Source: Selaginella moellendorffii
Lineage: Eukaryota > Plantae > Lycopodiophyta
Assembly (NCBI RefSeq): GCF_000143415.4
Contig: NW_003314268.1
Span: forward strand, 2,124,494 to 2,188,493
Reading direction: 5' to 3'
Length of the DNA: 64,000 nucleotides
Position numbers and translations under genes: made by a program
Shown here: in pieces, positions 40,883 to 53,290 of the stretch
Numbering within the stretch: the stretch's first letter is position 1
Layout of the letters: each line of letters opens with the position of its first letter
Notes under the pieces: generated by a model
Seen by the model: only the letters and a program-made list of their open reading frames with translations
Database searches by the model: none
Told to the model about the DNA's origin: nothing

Positions 40883-42662
40883 TTAAACCGAGCTAGCCAA
40901 CAAGGTTGTCCCGTCCTCTCGTCTGATCTCCACGGAGGAACTGCTGCCGCAGCTCGATTGCACCGCTGTTTGGTTTGTCGATAGCAGTGATGGCGATGAA
41001 GTGGAGGAGGAAGCGTTTGCTGTTCCAGAGCGAGACTTCCCGGCGCTTGGAGTTTTTTTCTTTGAAGCTGGTGCGAGAGAGGGATATGCCGAATGATGAC
41101 GCTGCTGCTGGCACAAGCGGACGTGATGGTGTTCATGATGGGTGTCCACGCTCGTTTTTCTCTCAAGTCGTCCCAATCTTGGAGAGATTGCTCGTGTTGC
41201 CGGTACCTTCGAATCAAAACAGCATTATACAGAAACCTGAAAACTTATCAGAAAATATTACCTTCTTACTTGGCTTTGACTCAGCAGGCTGTTCATGATA
41301 GAAATCTGGCATTGGCTTGGCCTTGAAAGTCAGGCTTCGTCTCAGCTTACGAAGGTCAGCTTCTTTCTCCTCCTGAAACAAATATCGGAACGGATGATCT
41401 GAAAAGTATTCTACAAAACCTGTGATTTAGCCTTGATCTGGTTCTTCTCTTGTTCCTTGGCAGCCAGCCTTTCCGCCAGCTTTGCATAGAACTGCATGAC
41501 ATGAACACGATCAAAATTCTGACTGAGCAGTGTGTTCACACCTCTTTTCTCTTTTGCGCTCGCTCTCCTGACTTCAGCTGGAACTCTTGACTTCGACGGT
41601 GACCGGCATTTGGAGAAGACTTTTTCGAGTCCTTTTTCTCTTCGAGGCTTTTCTCCGCCAATCTGCCACCGTTTACCGAGACATTAGCCGCGAAAAAAAG
41701 CAGATAATACGATAGAGAAGCTGCGCATACCGATATTCTTTCGCATCTTGTTTTGTTGAACCTGTTGTCCCGACCTGCATAAATGTGACTTATGTCCTCA
41801 GACTCAAATGCAATGACAACTTACCTGTGCCTTCGTTGACGTCGGGATCTGTCTCTCAAGCCTCGGTCTGGAATCAGTGCCTTCACTCGTCTTCTTCTTA
41901 TCAGCTGGCAGAGCGAGCGACTGAAAACCAGTCGATTTTCGGACAGCATTCACACGCCGAGAAGGATTTTTCAGATCAGCCACCACGTCCGAGGGAATCG
42001 AGCCTCGGCGCTTATTTGCACACGCTCGTTGTGTCAGGTGGCCACAAACTCGTATAGGATGTACCATTTCTTTATGCATTTTATTTCCCTTGCGCATGGA
42101 AGGCTTGGCATTATTTTTTGTCTGCTGCACGGCAGGAGCTTCCTGTAAAAGACCAGTGGGAAAAATCATTATATAATACGAGCAACATACAAAAGCATAC
42201 CTGGCTTTGTCTGCCATCATCGTCCGGGTCCTTGTTTTCTTTGAGAGCCGAGCCAACACCACTCGAGATGGTTGTAGTGCTGCCAACTTTGTCAATATTT
42301 TCTCCGTCCACTAAACTCGTTCCATCCAGTTTAATTTCCTCCAAGACCGTATCAGAGTGCTCTTCGCAAGAACTGTCCTTGGATTCCTCGCACCCGGAAG
42401 AAAAATCCAGCGTCCGGACAGTGGCATCGCTCTGATCGATCACATCGTCGTCGCCAATCTTGCAAGCGCTGCTGGCTCTTCTACTTCTTCTGCTAGAAAC
42501 CGAGCATCTCTCGCTGGAAGCCGACTGAATAGCCTCCTCGAAGAAAGCAGCCTTTTTTGAAACTAGTCCCGGGCTGGAAGCACCATCCAGCTCCTCGATA
42601 TAGCGACTAGGCAAAAAAACACAGCTCCTTTGCCTTGGTCCTACCATCGTGGACCCATCCAT
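40883..42662 (-). CDS. WVD2-like (WDL) microtubule-binding protein with TPX2 C-terminal domain
   Basis: 'RASAKEKR / FYAKLAERLAAKEQEKNQIKAKSQ / EEKEADLRKLRRSLTFKAKPMPDFYHE'. N-terminal exon limits are less certain. Confidence 0.85.
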
Positions 42663-43363
42663 GGATAGTCTCTCCTAGAAAACATCCAAAGATCATACAT
42701 ACCTCACTACGCAGAAAAAGAGATAGTCCTAGATAACATCCAAAGAAAATGTTATATCATACCTCACAACGCGGAAAGAGAAAGAGAGAGAGAGAGAAAA
42801 AATGCTTCCAGAAGAACTCGTAGATCCGCCACGAATTCCTCCTGGAAAGAACAATCAAATCGATTTAGAGATCGAAAATCCCACCATTGCTGATAATTTC
42901 TACTCAAGCTGCAAACTAGACCGGATCGGATGGATCCTTGCTAGAACCCTTTCGAGATCATTGATCGCCCGGCGATCGTCATTCAATCAATCGATCGAGC
43001 ATCACACTAGTTACTGTATCAGACAGCAAAAGAATCCACAGCACCGACCTGAGAATTCCACGAGCTCGCCCGATCGATCGCGGGCAAAGAAGCACGAAAT
43101 CCGCCAAAATAAATCGCCCGGGCGCCCAATTCCCGCCGCCTCGGCTCCCTCGAGCTAAACGAGCTTCAAACTCACCTAAATTTCCAAAGTCAGTAGACGG
43201 AGCCGTTAGTAAGCGGCGGGATTTTCGCGTGCCGCGCTGTCCGGACCGTCGTATTTTCAAAAAGATAAAAGGTTTAAAGGGTTAAACATAAAGAAAGGGT
43301 TAAAAGGGTTTTTTATTAGGCTTGGCTCAAGGTTTTAAGATGCCTCTTAGATTTTAGCTTTGG

Positions 43364-43501
43364 AGAGGGCCGCGCGTACACGAGCCCTCAACTTCCACAA
43401 ATTACAACGTCCACTCCTCCACTTTGGGAAGATGGTAGGCCGGCCAAGCCTAAGTGCAATAGGAAGGCCGAACCTAGGCCATTGGCCTTCATGATCACCA
43501 T
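43364..43501 (-). pseudogene. U1 snRNA copy lacking 22 nt of its 5' end
   Basis: Near-identical to 46850-46987 but without TACTTACCTGGACGGGGTCTAT. TATA retained at about 43524-43531; no intact USE at the expected distance. Confidence 0.9.
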
Positions 43502-43559
43502 GGTTCCCGACCTCGAACCCTGCTTTATATACTTCTTCTGAGTGTGGATCAGTAGTAGC

Positions 43560-44720
43560 CACCATGCATTTCACAGGATTGTGACGGCTGTTCTGGAAGA
43601 AATACCTCAAAATCATGTGGACCTAGAACAGAAGGAATTGGTGAGCATGTTGAAGGATCTATGGAAATCAGTTTGCCAGCACCTGGGGCGAAGTACAGTT
43701 TTCTTGACTTGCCTGACAAGCTGGGTGTGTGGTGATATCCCTCAATCAAGATTCTCTTACGGAGTTGTTATGGCCATTTTCGACGAGATTTATTGGCACA
43801 ACACCGAAGGATTGAAGTTGATATTGGAACGCGGTTTCAATGGTGGGATAGTTTTGTTAGGCAATCCAAGGATCGGGAAAACAAGTTTTTTGTGGTATGC
43901 TCCAAAAGGAAGAAAAATTTATCCTCAAAGGGCCCCAACTTAAACATTACTACTCGTTCACCTAAAAAGGCAAGAAGATCGTGATAAAAATTGCAGAATC
44001 TAGTGAGAAAGCTGTGGAAATAACAAGCCCTCAGTCCTGGTATCTTGTGGACACAACAGTTACTGAGACGGATTGGGTGCTGCCGTGCAAGTTCTTGTTG
44101 ACGTGCTCCCCACTGAAGTCCAACTACAGCGAATTTGCTAAGTCTGGTACTGTGGAGATGATGTATGACCCAGTGTGGTCCCTCCTGAACGAGCACAACT
44201 TTGGGCATCTGGAGGACGTAACGGCTCGCTTCCGCAAGTCGGGTGGCATACCTCGGTATGTGCTCGAGAAGCTAGACGAGGCGTCTCAATTGGAGATGGT
44301 GAAGGCTGCAAGGGTGGTTCGAAACGTGAACGAAAGCCTTCCTGAGAATCAAAGCTACAAGGCCTTCCATATGTCGGTGGATGAGAGAACATATAGGAGC
44401 TACGGCCTGGATCTTGCTAGCCCTTACGTTAAGGAGATAATCTTTTCCAACTTACCCACTGCATCAGTTCATTTATCATGAGTAGCCAGAGTCTATCGGA
44501 GAGATTCAAGGCAAGTTGTTTGAAGCCTGTCTGACCAGGAGACAGAGGCAGGATATCGTACAGGCAGCTAGATGAAACCGGAGAATTCGGACCGGTGCAA
44601 GGGAAGCTGCTCCCAGAGATGCCCAAGAGAATTGATCTCCTTGGTAATGGTGGAGCGGAGGCTGTATTCCCGGAGAAAATCCGAGAAGGCAAAGTGAACA
44701 ATTGTGGGAGTTGAACCCTC
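43560..44720 (+). pseudogene. Crinkler/RHS-type (CR) P-loop NTPase with start of a nuclease-like domain, frameshifted
   Basis: 'KILLRSCY' (alternate frame), Walker A 'GNPRIGKTSFLWY', 'WYLVD', 'LLTCSP...YSEFAK', 'MYDPVWSL', 'RFRKSGGIPRYVL', 'ASPYV', 'GKLFE'. No introns seen. Confidence 0.75.
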
Positions 44721-44884
44721 AGATTCGGACAATCACCACTAAGCAATTTCAAATATTATCACAAAGTACAAGAAATAAAAACTTTTGCTTGATTGTCCAC
44801 TCTGATCCAACTTTATTTTCTTTCTCTCGATTTTTTTTCTCATAATTTTCTTTCACGGGTCGGATTAGTTGACTAGGATGAATC

Positions 44885-45160
44885 TTAAGCCTTTAAACCT
44901 TTTACTTTTTTGAATATACGACGACTTTTTTGGCGGATCTCATGCTTCTTTGCCCGCGATTGATTGGGCGAGCTCGAGGAATTCTCAGGATGATGCTGGA
45001 TTCTTTCCTAATACAATGCTCGTGTAGTGTTTGATTGATTGGATGACGATCACCGGGCGATCAATGATCTTGCGGCTTGAGTAGAAATTTTCAGCAATGG
45101 TGATGGCATTTCTCTTGCGGCATAGCGGAAAGACACCTCTTTTTCTGCGGATGGGTCCAG
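44885..45160 (+). repeat. Degenerate inverted copy of the WDL 5' region (about 42650-43295)
   Basis: ttaagcctttaaaccttttac...tgaatatacgac is the reverse complement of 43248-43285; 44930-45102 is the reverse complement of 42882-43110 with deletions. Confidence 0.85.
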
Positions 45161-46337
45161 GAATTAGAGGATAATAAGACCTATATCATGAGAGAACACC
45201 TGCGTCCGCCGCATGACTCAACTGTAGATCTGGGATCTACAGTTGAGTTTTGCGGTGGACGCAGGTGTTCTCCTTACTTGGAACAAGAGGAGGACAGCTC
45301 AAGTTCCGAGAGCATGGGAGCGTTTCTGGCAGTTCTGTGAGCCACAGCTTCCCTGAGCTCTTGCAAGCGTGCAAAGCGATGCCATTGCTTGCAGACGCGC
45401 CCGGCTTTGAGGATAATATCTGGCTCAAAATGTCAAGGTCAGCGCCCAGAGAATCTGGACAAGGAGGCAACTACTCTAGCTGTTGGAAATCCACTCACGA
45501 ATGTGTGGAGAATTCTTCCCAGGATTGATATCAAGGCTCAGGAGACATCCGAATTAAAAGGTCAGGGCACTACAATGTAACTACTCCCATCGTTTTGGGG
45601 ATTGTGTAACACATGACAGGTTCGTGTTGCGGGTGGACAAAAGCTCATTGAGATGGAGGTTCTACTTGACAAAGTACCAACACATCCTGCTCTACCAGGA
45701 TCAACACTTCTCACCTGAGAAAACTTTGGCCTGACACTCCCTGAGGAAAGGGAGTAAGCAATGTTACCATCTACTTTGGCCATACCTTGATACAGAGGAC
45801 CCATACTTTTATTTGAAGTGTCCCATAAAGGACCTTCGATGAGTTTCTATCAAGAAATTCTCGCAAAGAACCTATGCTGTCTGTCTGTAACTAACTCACA
45901 CCAATCTGGGTCCACAAGCTTTGCATAATCCACTATATAATTCCTTTATTAAGTCTGAAGGAAGATGAACTTACAGGTATAGCAAGAACTTGGAGGAGCC
46001 TGCTCCTTTGTTATGTTATCAAGTAGTTTTCCTTTGACCTCATTCAGTGGGATTTGAATCCCCACCTTCAAAACATAGGGTTCATCTCATTCTCCGCTTC
46101 ATTGGGAGGGTGCAGGAGTGAATGCAGCTTGCGAGACGAACATCTTTTGAAAGATCGTTAGGAAGTTGAAAAAGCAGGCTTAGTATAAAGAACCAGGCAC
46201 GCTGTTTCAATTTAAAACTTGTTAGTTTTCTTGTAGAACAAACTTAAAATACTCATTCCGTCTTGTGTGTCAACGCTTGAATTTGCAACACTCAGAAAAA
46301 TTAAAACGATGTTGGACCACTTTGCCTTGAATCACTT

Positions 46338-46715
46338 CTAGAAAACATCCCAAGAAAATGTTATTAACATACCTCATTACAAAGAACCATACCTCACTCA
46401 AGAGAGAAAAGAACTCTTCCTTCTCTGGACCAGACCGTTCACCATTGCTTATAATTGCTTTCTACTCAAGCCGCAAGCTCAGAGGGAGCCCTTTCAAGAT
46501 CATTGATGGAAGAAGAGGATGACTATGATCACAGAGGGAGAAGGCGCAGGGCGCTGCAGAGCATCTGTGATCGCCTGGCCATGGCCGGCCATGGTCATCC
46601 AATATCATGGAGTATACCTTTATATCTAAAGCATCCAACCAAAATCTATCGAACACTACACTTGTACTGCGAAAGATCGACCTCTGAAAATTCCTCGAGT
46701 CGATCGCGGGCAAAG
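46338..46715. repeat. Degenerate direct copy of the WDL 5' region (about 42729-43090)
   Basis: Shared blocks ctaga.aacatcc.aagaaaatgttat..catacctca, accattgct.ataatt..tctactcaagc.gcaa, agatcattgat, cgatcgcgggcaaag. Confidence 0.8.
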
Positions 46716-46849
46716 TAACTGACTGGAGGAGTATCTCTATTTTGTATAAAAGGAATCGGAATATTCTTTAATTCCTTAAAAAATAAAATAGATGAAATAG
46801 ACGAGCTATGTTCTTTTGTTTCTATGCATCTTAGAGATTTTAGCTTTGG

Positions 46850-47009
46850 AGAGGGCCGCGCGTACGCGAGCCCTCAACTTCCACAAATTACGACGTCCAC
46901 TCCTCCACTTTGGGAAGATGGTAGGCCGGCCAAGCCTAAGTGCAATGGGAAGGCCGAACCTAGGCCATTGGCCTTCATGATCACCAATAGACCCCGTCCA
47001 GGTAAGTAT
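46850..47009 (-). ncRNA. U1: U1 spliceosomal snRNA gene (about 160 nt)
   Basis: 5' ATACTTACCTGGACGGGGTC, loop I GATCATG, loop II ATTGCAC (U1A site), Sm site TAATTTGTGG, terminal hairpin GAGGGCTCGCGTACGCGCGGCCCTC. Confidence 0.96.
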
Positions 47010-47030
47010 GGTTATCTGCCTCGAACCCTA

Positions 47031-47079
47031 CTTTATATACTACTTCGGGGGCTTCATTCTGCGCCCCGGCATGTGGGAT
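47031..47079 (-). promoter_or_regulatory. Plant snRNA promoter: USE (ATCCCACATGC, 47079-47069) and TATA box (TATATAAA, 47039-47032)
   Basis: Close to the RTCCCACATCG consensus at about -70, with TATA at about -30 from the U1 start. Confidence 0.88.
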
Positions 47080-47753
47080 AAGTTAGCAGACCTATTTTCG
47101 GCAGGCGGTCAGCCCTAGTCAATCAATCCGCGGTTCGAACCCCGTCCAGCACACTCGCTGTACGGACCCGTGGGCGACACAGGATCACGGGAGTGGCTGC
47201 GTGTGTCGTACTGTCCGGAGGAATGCAACACGGGGTTCTTTTCAATGCAAAAGGCAAAGATTGAAAAAAAGAATTCGAGGGAAAGAGAAAAGTTGGAGCA
47301 AGAACTATTACTTAGAGTGGATGCCAGCAGCAAGCAAAGGAAAAAGTTTGGATTTGGATGATTTGAAATCGCTGCGTGGTTTTTGTGGTGATTGTCAGAG
47401 AAGCGCGCGCGATTCATGGATCAATATGGGGATTTGGAGGGAAGAACTCTTTAAACACTTCCCAGCCTCTAAACAAATCCATCGCTGCGAAAGGGATCGA
47501 TGCATCGCCACCCTCGAGCTGGGCGATCCAACGGAGCACATGCGCGCGGCAATTAATTACGTGAAAGCTTCGTCTTCGTATTAGCTCCTCGGGGCCATCC
47601 ACTTATAAAGCCATTTATTTTATCTCCACAGTTTCGGTGACTCCCACAAACGTTCTTCGGTTTCGATCGATCGTTCGTTTTCCCTTCGTGTTCTTCTTGG
47701 GGGCCTAGCCTCGAATCTTCTCCATCGATCAAGCAGCCAATCGCTCTTTGGCT

Positions 47754-49560
47754 ATGGCCGCTTGGATCGTTCTCCTTGTAAGCACCTACATTCTTCTCTC
47801 TCGTCTCACGAGTGTCTCTAGCTCTTCGCAACACGCATTGTTCCAAAGTTTTGCGAGGAGCAACGCTAGCAGCAGCGGCCGCGTCGAATCCGGCAGGAGA
47901 TTCTTGCTGGATTACATCAATCGTCCCTTCGTCAAGAGCTTCAATGTAGGTCGCCGCTAAAGTTCATGATCCTCTTTGCAGAATCCAATCCTTTTTCTTT
48001 TGTTTATTGTTCTTCGTGTTCTAGCTTTCGGATGGGAGCGTGGTGGATTGCGTGAGGATAGAAGACCAGCTTGGAATCCAGCATCCTCTCCTCAAGAACC
48101 ACAAGATCCTGGTATGGAAATCTCTTTCTTTCTCATTCTTTTTTTTTTCTATCCAAACTTTTGAGAAAAGCGCTGCGCTTGTTTGCTCCTGGCAGAGAAA
48201 GCCGACGATCTTGCAGCCACAGTCGAGCGATCGCTCCGCCAGCAGCAGGAGCGGTCGATTCAAACGCAATGCCACTTCTTCGTCGCCATGGCAGCTCTTC
48301 CACCACGAACACAACTCCTGCCCCGACGCCACCGTGCCCGTCCGCCGCCTCCTTCCCAAGGACCTGGATCGAATGCAAACCCCCGAGGTGTTCCTCCACA
48401 AGTACCCCCAGTCGATCCAGTCGGGCACGCACCGCATTGCCGCGTCGCCCAACTCGCGATCCTCGCGAAAGAAGCGAAGAAGGCGAAGAACAAGGAGAGA
48501 CCATCATCTCACTCCTCCATCGGTTGATGGGCACCAGGTATAAAAGCGGTTTTCTTTCTCGCGATCGATCGAGCGAGCGAGCAAGCGATTGATGGGTTCC
48601 TCTCTCTCGCAGTATGCGATCGTCCAGGCAGTGGGCAGCTTCTCAGGATCACAGGCCTACCTCAGCATCTGGGATCCGGCGGTGGCTACCTCGTCGGATT
48701 TTAGCCTCTCGCAGCTCTGGCTGGGCGGAGGATCTCACGAGAGCATCAACACGGTAGAAGCCGGATGGCAAGTAAGTGTGATCCGCGAAGCTCCAAGAAA
48801 AGCCCCGCTGATTTCTTCTCGATCGCAGGTCTACGAGCTCCTCAATGGCGACAGAAGCCCACACCTCTTCATCTTCTGGACGGTAAAGCTTTGTTTTGTT
48901 CTTCCAAAGTTCTTGGAAGAACAGAGTGTGTGCCTCCTTCCATCCATTGTTTCGAGAAATTGACCGCGCGCTTGTCCTCTGGCAGGCCGATTCCTACAAG
49001 AACTCGGGCTGCTACAACCTCCGCTGCCCCGGATTCATCCAAACCAGCCCCAACGTCCTCCTTGGCGGCGCAATCTCCTCCATCTCCAGCCCCGACTCCA
49101 GCCTCTTCTTCAAGAAATTCCTGATCTTCAAGGTGGGCGCTCCCAATCCCTCGCCAAAAATTGATTCCTCACGACCTTTCCATGTCTCGCGCAGGATCCA
49201 GTCGCGTGGTGGCTCCAGATCGACGACGAGTGGGTGGGCTACTGGCCGGCGTCGCTCTTCACGACGCTGGGGCAGAGCTCGCAGTGGATGCAATGGGGCG
49301 GCGAGGTGTGCCTCTCGGGAGCCTCCGATGGGCCGGAGCTCTCCACGCAAATGGGGAGTGGCTTCTTCCCCGCCGAGGGCAACACGCGCGCGGCGTCCCA
49401 GTGCGAGCTCGCCTACCTGGACGATCAAATGCGCCAGTTTGACGCCGTGGATCTCGCCGAGTTCTCCACCGATCCCGAGTGCTACACCGCCAGGAAGTAC
49501 TTCGATCGAAACTGGGGCTCGTATATCATCTTTGGCGGCCGGGGATGCTCCAAGAGCTAG
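47754..49560 (+). CDS. Neprosin-family secreted glutamic peptidase (DUF4409 pro-domain + DUF239)
   Basis: Signal peptide, 'DGSVVDCV..QHPLLKNHKI', 'CPDATVPVRR', 'DFSLSQLWL', 'NTVEAGWQ' and 'QWGGEV' (both catalytic Glu motifs), 'GCYNLRCPGFIQ', 'TQMGSGFF'. Confidence 0.93.
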
Positions 49561-50837
49561 TCGCCACTGGCGATCTATTTTCTCTTCTTCTTCTTCTTCT
49601 TCGTCTAGATCGTCTTGGGTTTTTGAGAGATTTTTCTCTATCATCTCAGCAGCAGCCTCACTATTTCGTGATGGCGTAACTTTCGATCATCCATTCCTTG
49701 TTCTCGCGATATAGAGTCTTTGACACGGTCAACTTTCTTGTCTCCCTCGTTGGAACGAAAAATCAGTGAGACTGACTTCCATGGACTTCCATGGATTCCT
49801 GGTTGTGTTCTTCCTGACCGAGATCATCGAGCAAGCACCACGTCGTGATCATCCTTGAAAGGAGTTCTCGGCATTGAATGCGAGTCGCGATTGGAAGAAT
49901 TTGAGCGGGACCGATAGAACAAGGATCAAGGGGGCATCTTTGCCAAACCAGCAGGGAAGAAGACAACAAAAGCACGCAGAGATCTGCCAAGCAAAACCGA
50001 CGAACCAAGTTTTCTAGTTTATACATTTTTTTCTCCTTCGTCTTCGCTTTCCTTGCTTTTCTCCCGAGTCCCCTGTTTGTTCTTCGATTTGGGGCATTTG
50101 GCATTAAATGCGATCGACATGACCCCCCTGCCTGACCAGCCTCTGCCAGCGTCCAGTCCATTGCCCTAGCACTGCTCGATCGCCAGGGTCCAGATGGTCA
50201 GATCAGATCATATCCTTTTCTTCTTTTTAGCTGTTCGTAGTATTCTTCTTTTCTGGTTTCTTTAGCTTTCTTTGCTCTCTTTGCTCGCAGGATTGGCTTG
50301 GATGATTGAGAGCGTGTATGATTTGCTGGATGATCAGGTGGGGGCTTTCCACGTCGGCAATTAAAACCCACGAGCAACCATCACCGACGAACGAGGAAGT
50401 GAAAAACCTTGCTTCTTCTTTTCTTCGCCTTTTTTCCTTTGCTGGTGTTCCGCGAGAAGCGAGGAATCTGTGTCATGCGAGTTGTTTGTGATGGATGCAT
50501 TGTGCATATCACAAGAGTCGCATCTGGCTCATCAATCCATCCTTGCTGCGACGAATTGAATCCAAAGCCGGGGAGCATTTGATGCACAGGAGCGATTGCC
50601 AATCAAAGCGCCCAACCTCCATTCTAGGTCGCAACTCAAACGTTTGACTCCCATTGACCTGCTTGAATTTCATTTACTCGGTGACGTGGCGCTTCGTTGA
50701 CTTGAGCACGTAGATTATTATGGCTTCAAACTATACAAGCAACTCGTTTCGAATCTAGAAAACCAAGAAAAGAACAGCAAATTACGTCAGTGAGGGAGAA
50801 AAAAAATTAGAGAGGAAAGAAAACCGGTGAAGAAGGA

Positions 50838-53222
50838 TCAGCCCTTGAGGCCGAGAAGGCAGAGGATAACCCCCACAAAGTCGGCCTCGAGCAGGCACCG
50901 GATGAAGGTCTTCTTGTGCGCGCTGTAGGGAGGATACCGGGCCATGATGTCCATCCAGAACGGCCTCGTCAGGATTGCCTTGTGGTGGCTGAAGGCGTCG
51001 AACGAGAACTTGCCGTGGTAGGATCCCATGCCGCTCTCTCCGACTCCACCGAATGGGAGTGTGGTTGTCAAGAACTGCAAGAACCAAAACGAGAGAGAGT
51101 GAGACTGGGAGTCCAATCAAACCAGAGGGTGGCTGTCAAGAACTGGAAGAATCAAAACGAGAGTGTCCAATCAAACCAGAGGGTGGTTGTCAAGAACTGG
51201 AAGAATCATAGAGAGTGGGAGTCTAATCAAACTCGTGAGAAACGAACGAGAATTTCCACCAGTGAATGGAGTCAACCAAGGAGCTTTGGAGAAATAAAGG
51301 CTTGACGGACGAGTGTGACGCGAAGTAGGAGTGGAAAACGGGAACTTAAGACATGACACTCGCGACGGGAATCAAACATAAAGAGGGGGTGAGGAGGTGA
51401 CACTTACGTGCAAGCAGCAGTCGTTTACAACCATGCCTCCGGCCGACGTCTCTGCGATGACCTTCTCTTTCACTTTGTCCTTCTTGGTGAAGAGGTAGAG
51501 CGCCAGAGGCTTTGGCCGGCTGTTCACGATGTCAATAGCCTCGTCGATGGATCGCACCTGCAAAGAGAGACTTCAATCAGTACAATGCGATCACAGAGAG
51601 ATCTCAACTATACCGAGATGATTGGAAGAATTGGGCCGAATATTTCCTCGCTCATCACCTTCGAGTCCAACGGGACGTCCTCGAGAAGAGTTGGAGCAAT
51701 GTACCTGGAAGTTCAAAACGGACCGCCAGTGAAACTCTACGAAATTTAGAAAGGCACCCACAGCTTCGTCTCGTCTTTTTCACCACCGTGTGCAATTTTT
51801 GATGCGATGTTTGGATCGTCCAACAGGCCCACCAGGCGATTGAAATGGTTAATATTAACCACCCGCGAAATGTCCATCGACTCCCTAGGATTCTCTCCGT
51901 AAAAGCTCTTGAGCGTATCTTTCATGGCTTCTATCTGTTACAAAGACATGTCCGTTAGCTGTCAGGATGTAGTAGGTTGCTTACGAATTTAGTCGAGCAA
52001 GACGAGTCGACAAGCACATAGTCTGGGCTGACGCAGGCTTGACCATTGTTGTTTCCCCATTTTCCAACAGCGATCCTTCTGGTAGCGACCTGGAAGAGAA
52101 AGGTCAGCCAAAATCCACCAAGGCAAAACCGAAAAAGACTTGAAAACTTTACTTTGAGATCGCTTGAAGAATCAACAATAACTGGTGACTTTCCCCCGAG
52201 TTCCAAAGTGACTGGCGTCAGATTCTTTGCGGCCTCAGCCATGACAATTCGTCCGACTCTTGGACTGCCTGAAAGAAAGAAAAAAACAGCCAGCCAAGTC
52301 TCATCAATAAAGTACACTGAAAAACACTATACATTACCCGTGTAGAAAATCTTATCCCACTTTTGTTGGAGAAGAGCAGTGGTTTCCGGAACTCCACCCT
52401 CGACCACGCGAATCGCAGATTTATCCAAGTACAAAGGGAGCAGCCGTGCGATCAACGCCGATGTCGCTGGTGCCATCTCCGACGGCTTCAACACCACAGC
52501 ATTACCCGCGGCAATAGCTCCAACCATCGGGTCCAGGGAAAGGACTGCATTAAAGAACCACAAGTAGAGAACCTCGTCACGAAAAAAGAACGAGCGCTAC
52601 AACCGACAGACTTACGAAACGGGAAATTCCAGGCGGAGATTATCAGCACGACACCGAAAGGCTCGGGCTTCATGGAGGCCGACGCCGGGAGCGTCGCCAG
52701 CAGCGGTGGAACCTGGAAAAGAAGATTTCCAAGAAAATGAGCAGAGAGAATGGGGAATTTGGGCAAAGAAATCGCGGCTTACATTCACGGCGGCCGTCCA
52801 ATTCTTGAGGTTTTTGATCGCGAGCTGGCACGCGCTCTTGACGGGAAAGATCTGCGAGCAAGAAAGATCCACTCGCAATCAGCGGCATTTCGATCCGGAA
52901 ATCTTCCAAGAACCCTGGCGGACGCAAGAAAGATCCAAATCGAGAGGGGGAGAGGGGAGCAAGTACGCAATCACAGGCAAGGCGCCATAGCAGCGCCGCT
53001 CACCTCGCTGGCGAAGCACTCATACGACGGCTTCCCCATGTCGACGGCCACGGCCTCGGTGATGTCTTCCTCGTGCTTTTTGATCAAATCCACGATGCTC
53101 TTGAGCTGCGCGAGCCGCCAATCCAAGCTCCTAGTCCTACCAGACTTGAAATCGCCGCGGACCTCGCCACACACCGCCGCGATTACGGCGCTCTCCATCG
53201 ATTCTTGGCGCCGATCATCCAT
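50838..53222 (-). CDS. ALDH3: Aldehyde dehydrogenase family 3 (proximal first exon 53004-53222)
   Basis: '[16 protein letters not shown]', 'VLKPSE', 'FYTGS', 'LELGGKSP', 'GQACVSPDY', 'EEIFGP', '[15 protein letters not shown]', C-terminal hydrophobic anchor. Confidence 0.96.
51061..51230. repeat. Triplicated intron/exon junction in the last ALDH3 intron (units of 68 and 54 bp)
   Basis: gtgg.tgtcaagaactg.aagaa.ca repeated at 51061, 51129 and 51183. Confidence 0.9.
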
Positions 53223-53270
53223 TGCTCGCTCCCAGGAAGAAAACCGTGAAACACAACCAAGGCCTTGGCT

Positions 53271-53290
53271 TTTATAAATACGCCACGTGG
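53271..53290 (-). promoter_or_regulatory. G-box/ABRE (CCACGTGG 53283-53290) next to a TATA box (TATTTATAAA) upstream of the proximal ALDH3 exon 1
   Basis: Motifs lie 50-70 bp upstream of ATG 53222. Confidence 0.6.

Noticed and set aside
45160-46330. Short ORFs between the CR pseudogene and U1, and a GTGGGATTTGAATCCCAC hairpin near 46047
   Set aside because: No assignable protein motif; the hairpin resembles a tRNA T-arm but no cloverleaf can be built.
47131-47150. GGTTCGAACCC B-box-like motif upstream of U1
   Set aside because: The T-stem does not pair, and there is no A box or acceptor stem; not a tRNA.
49763-50600. Possible small peptide gene or miRNA precursor between neprosin and ALDH3
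   Set aside because: No known peptide motif or conserved miRNA sequence recognised, and no clear long hairpin.
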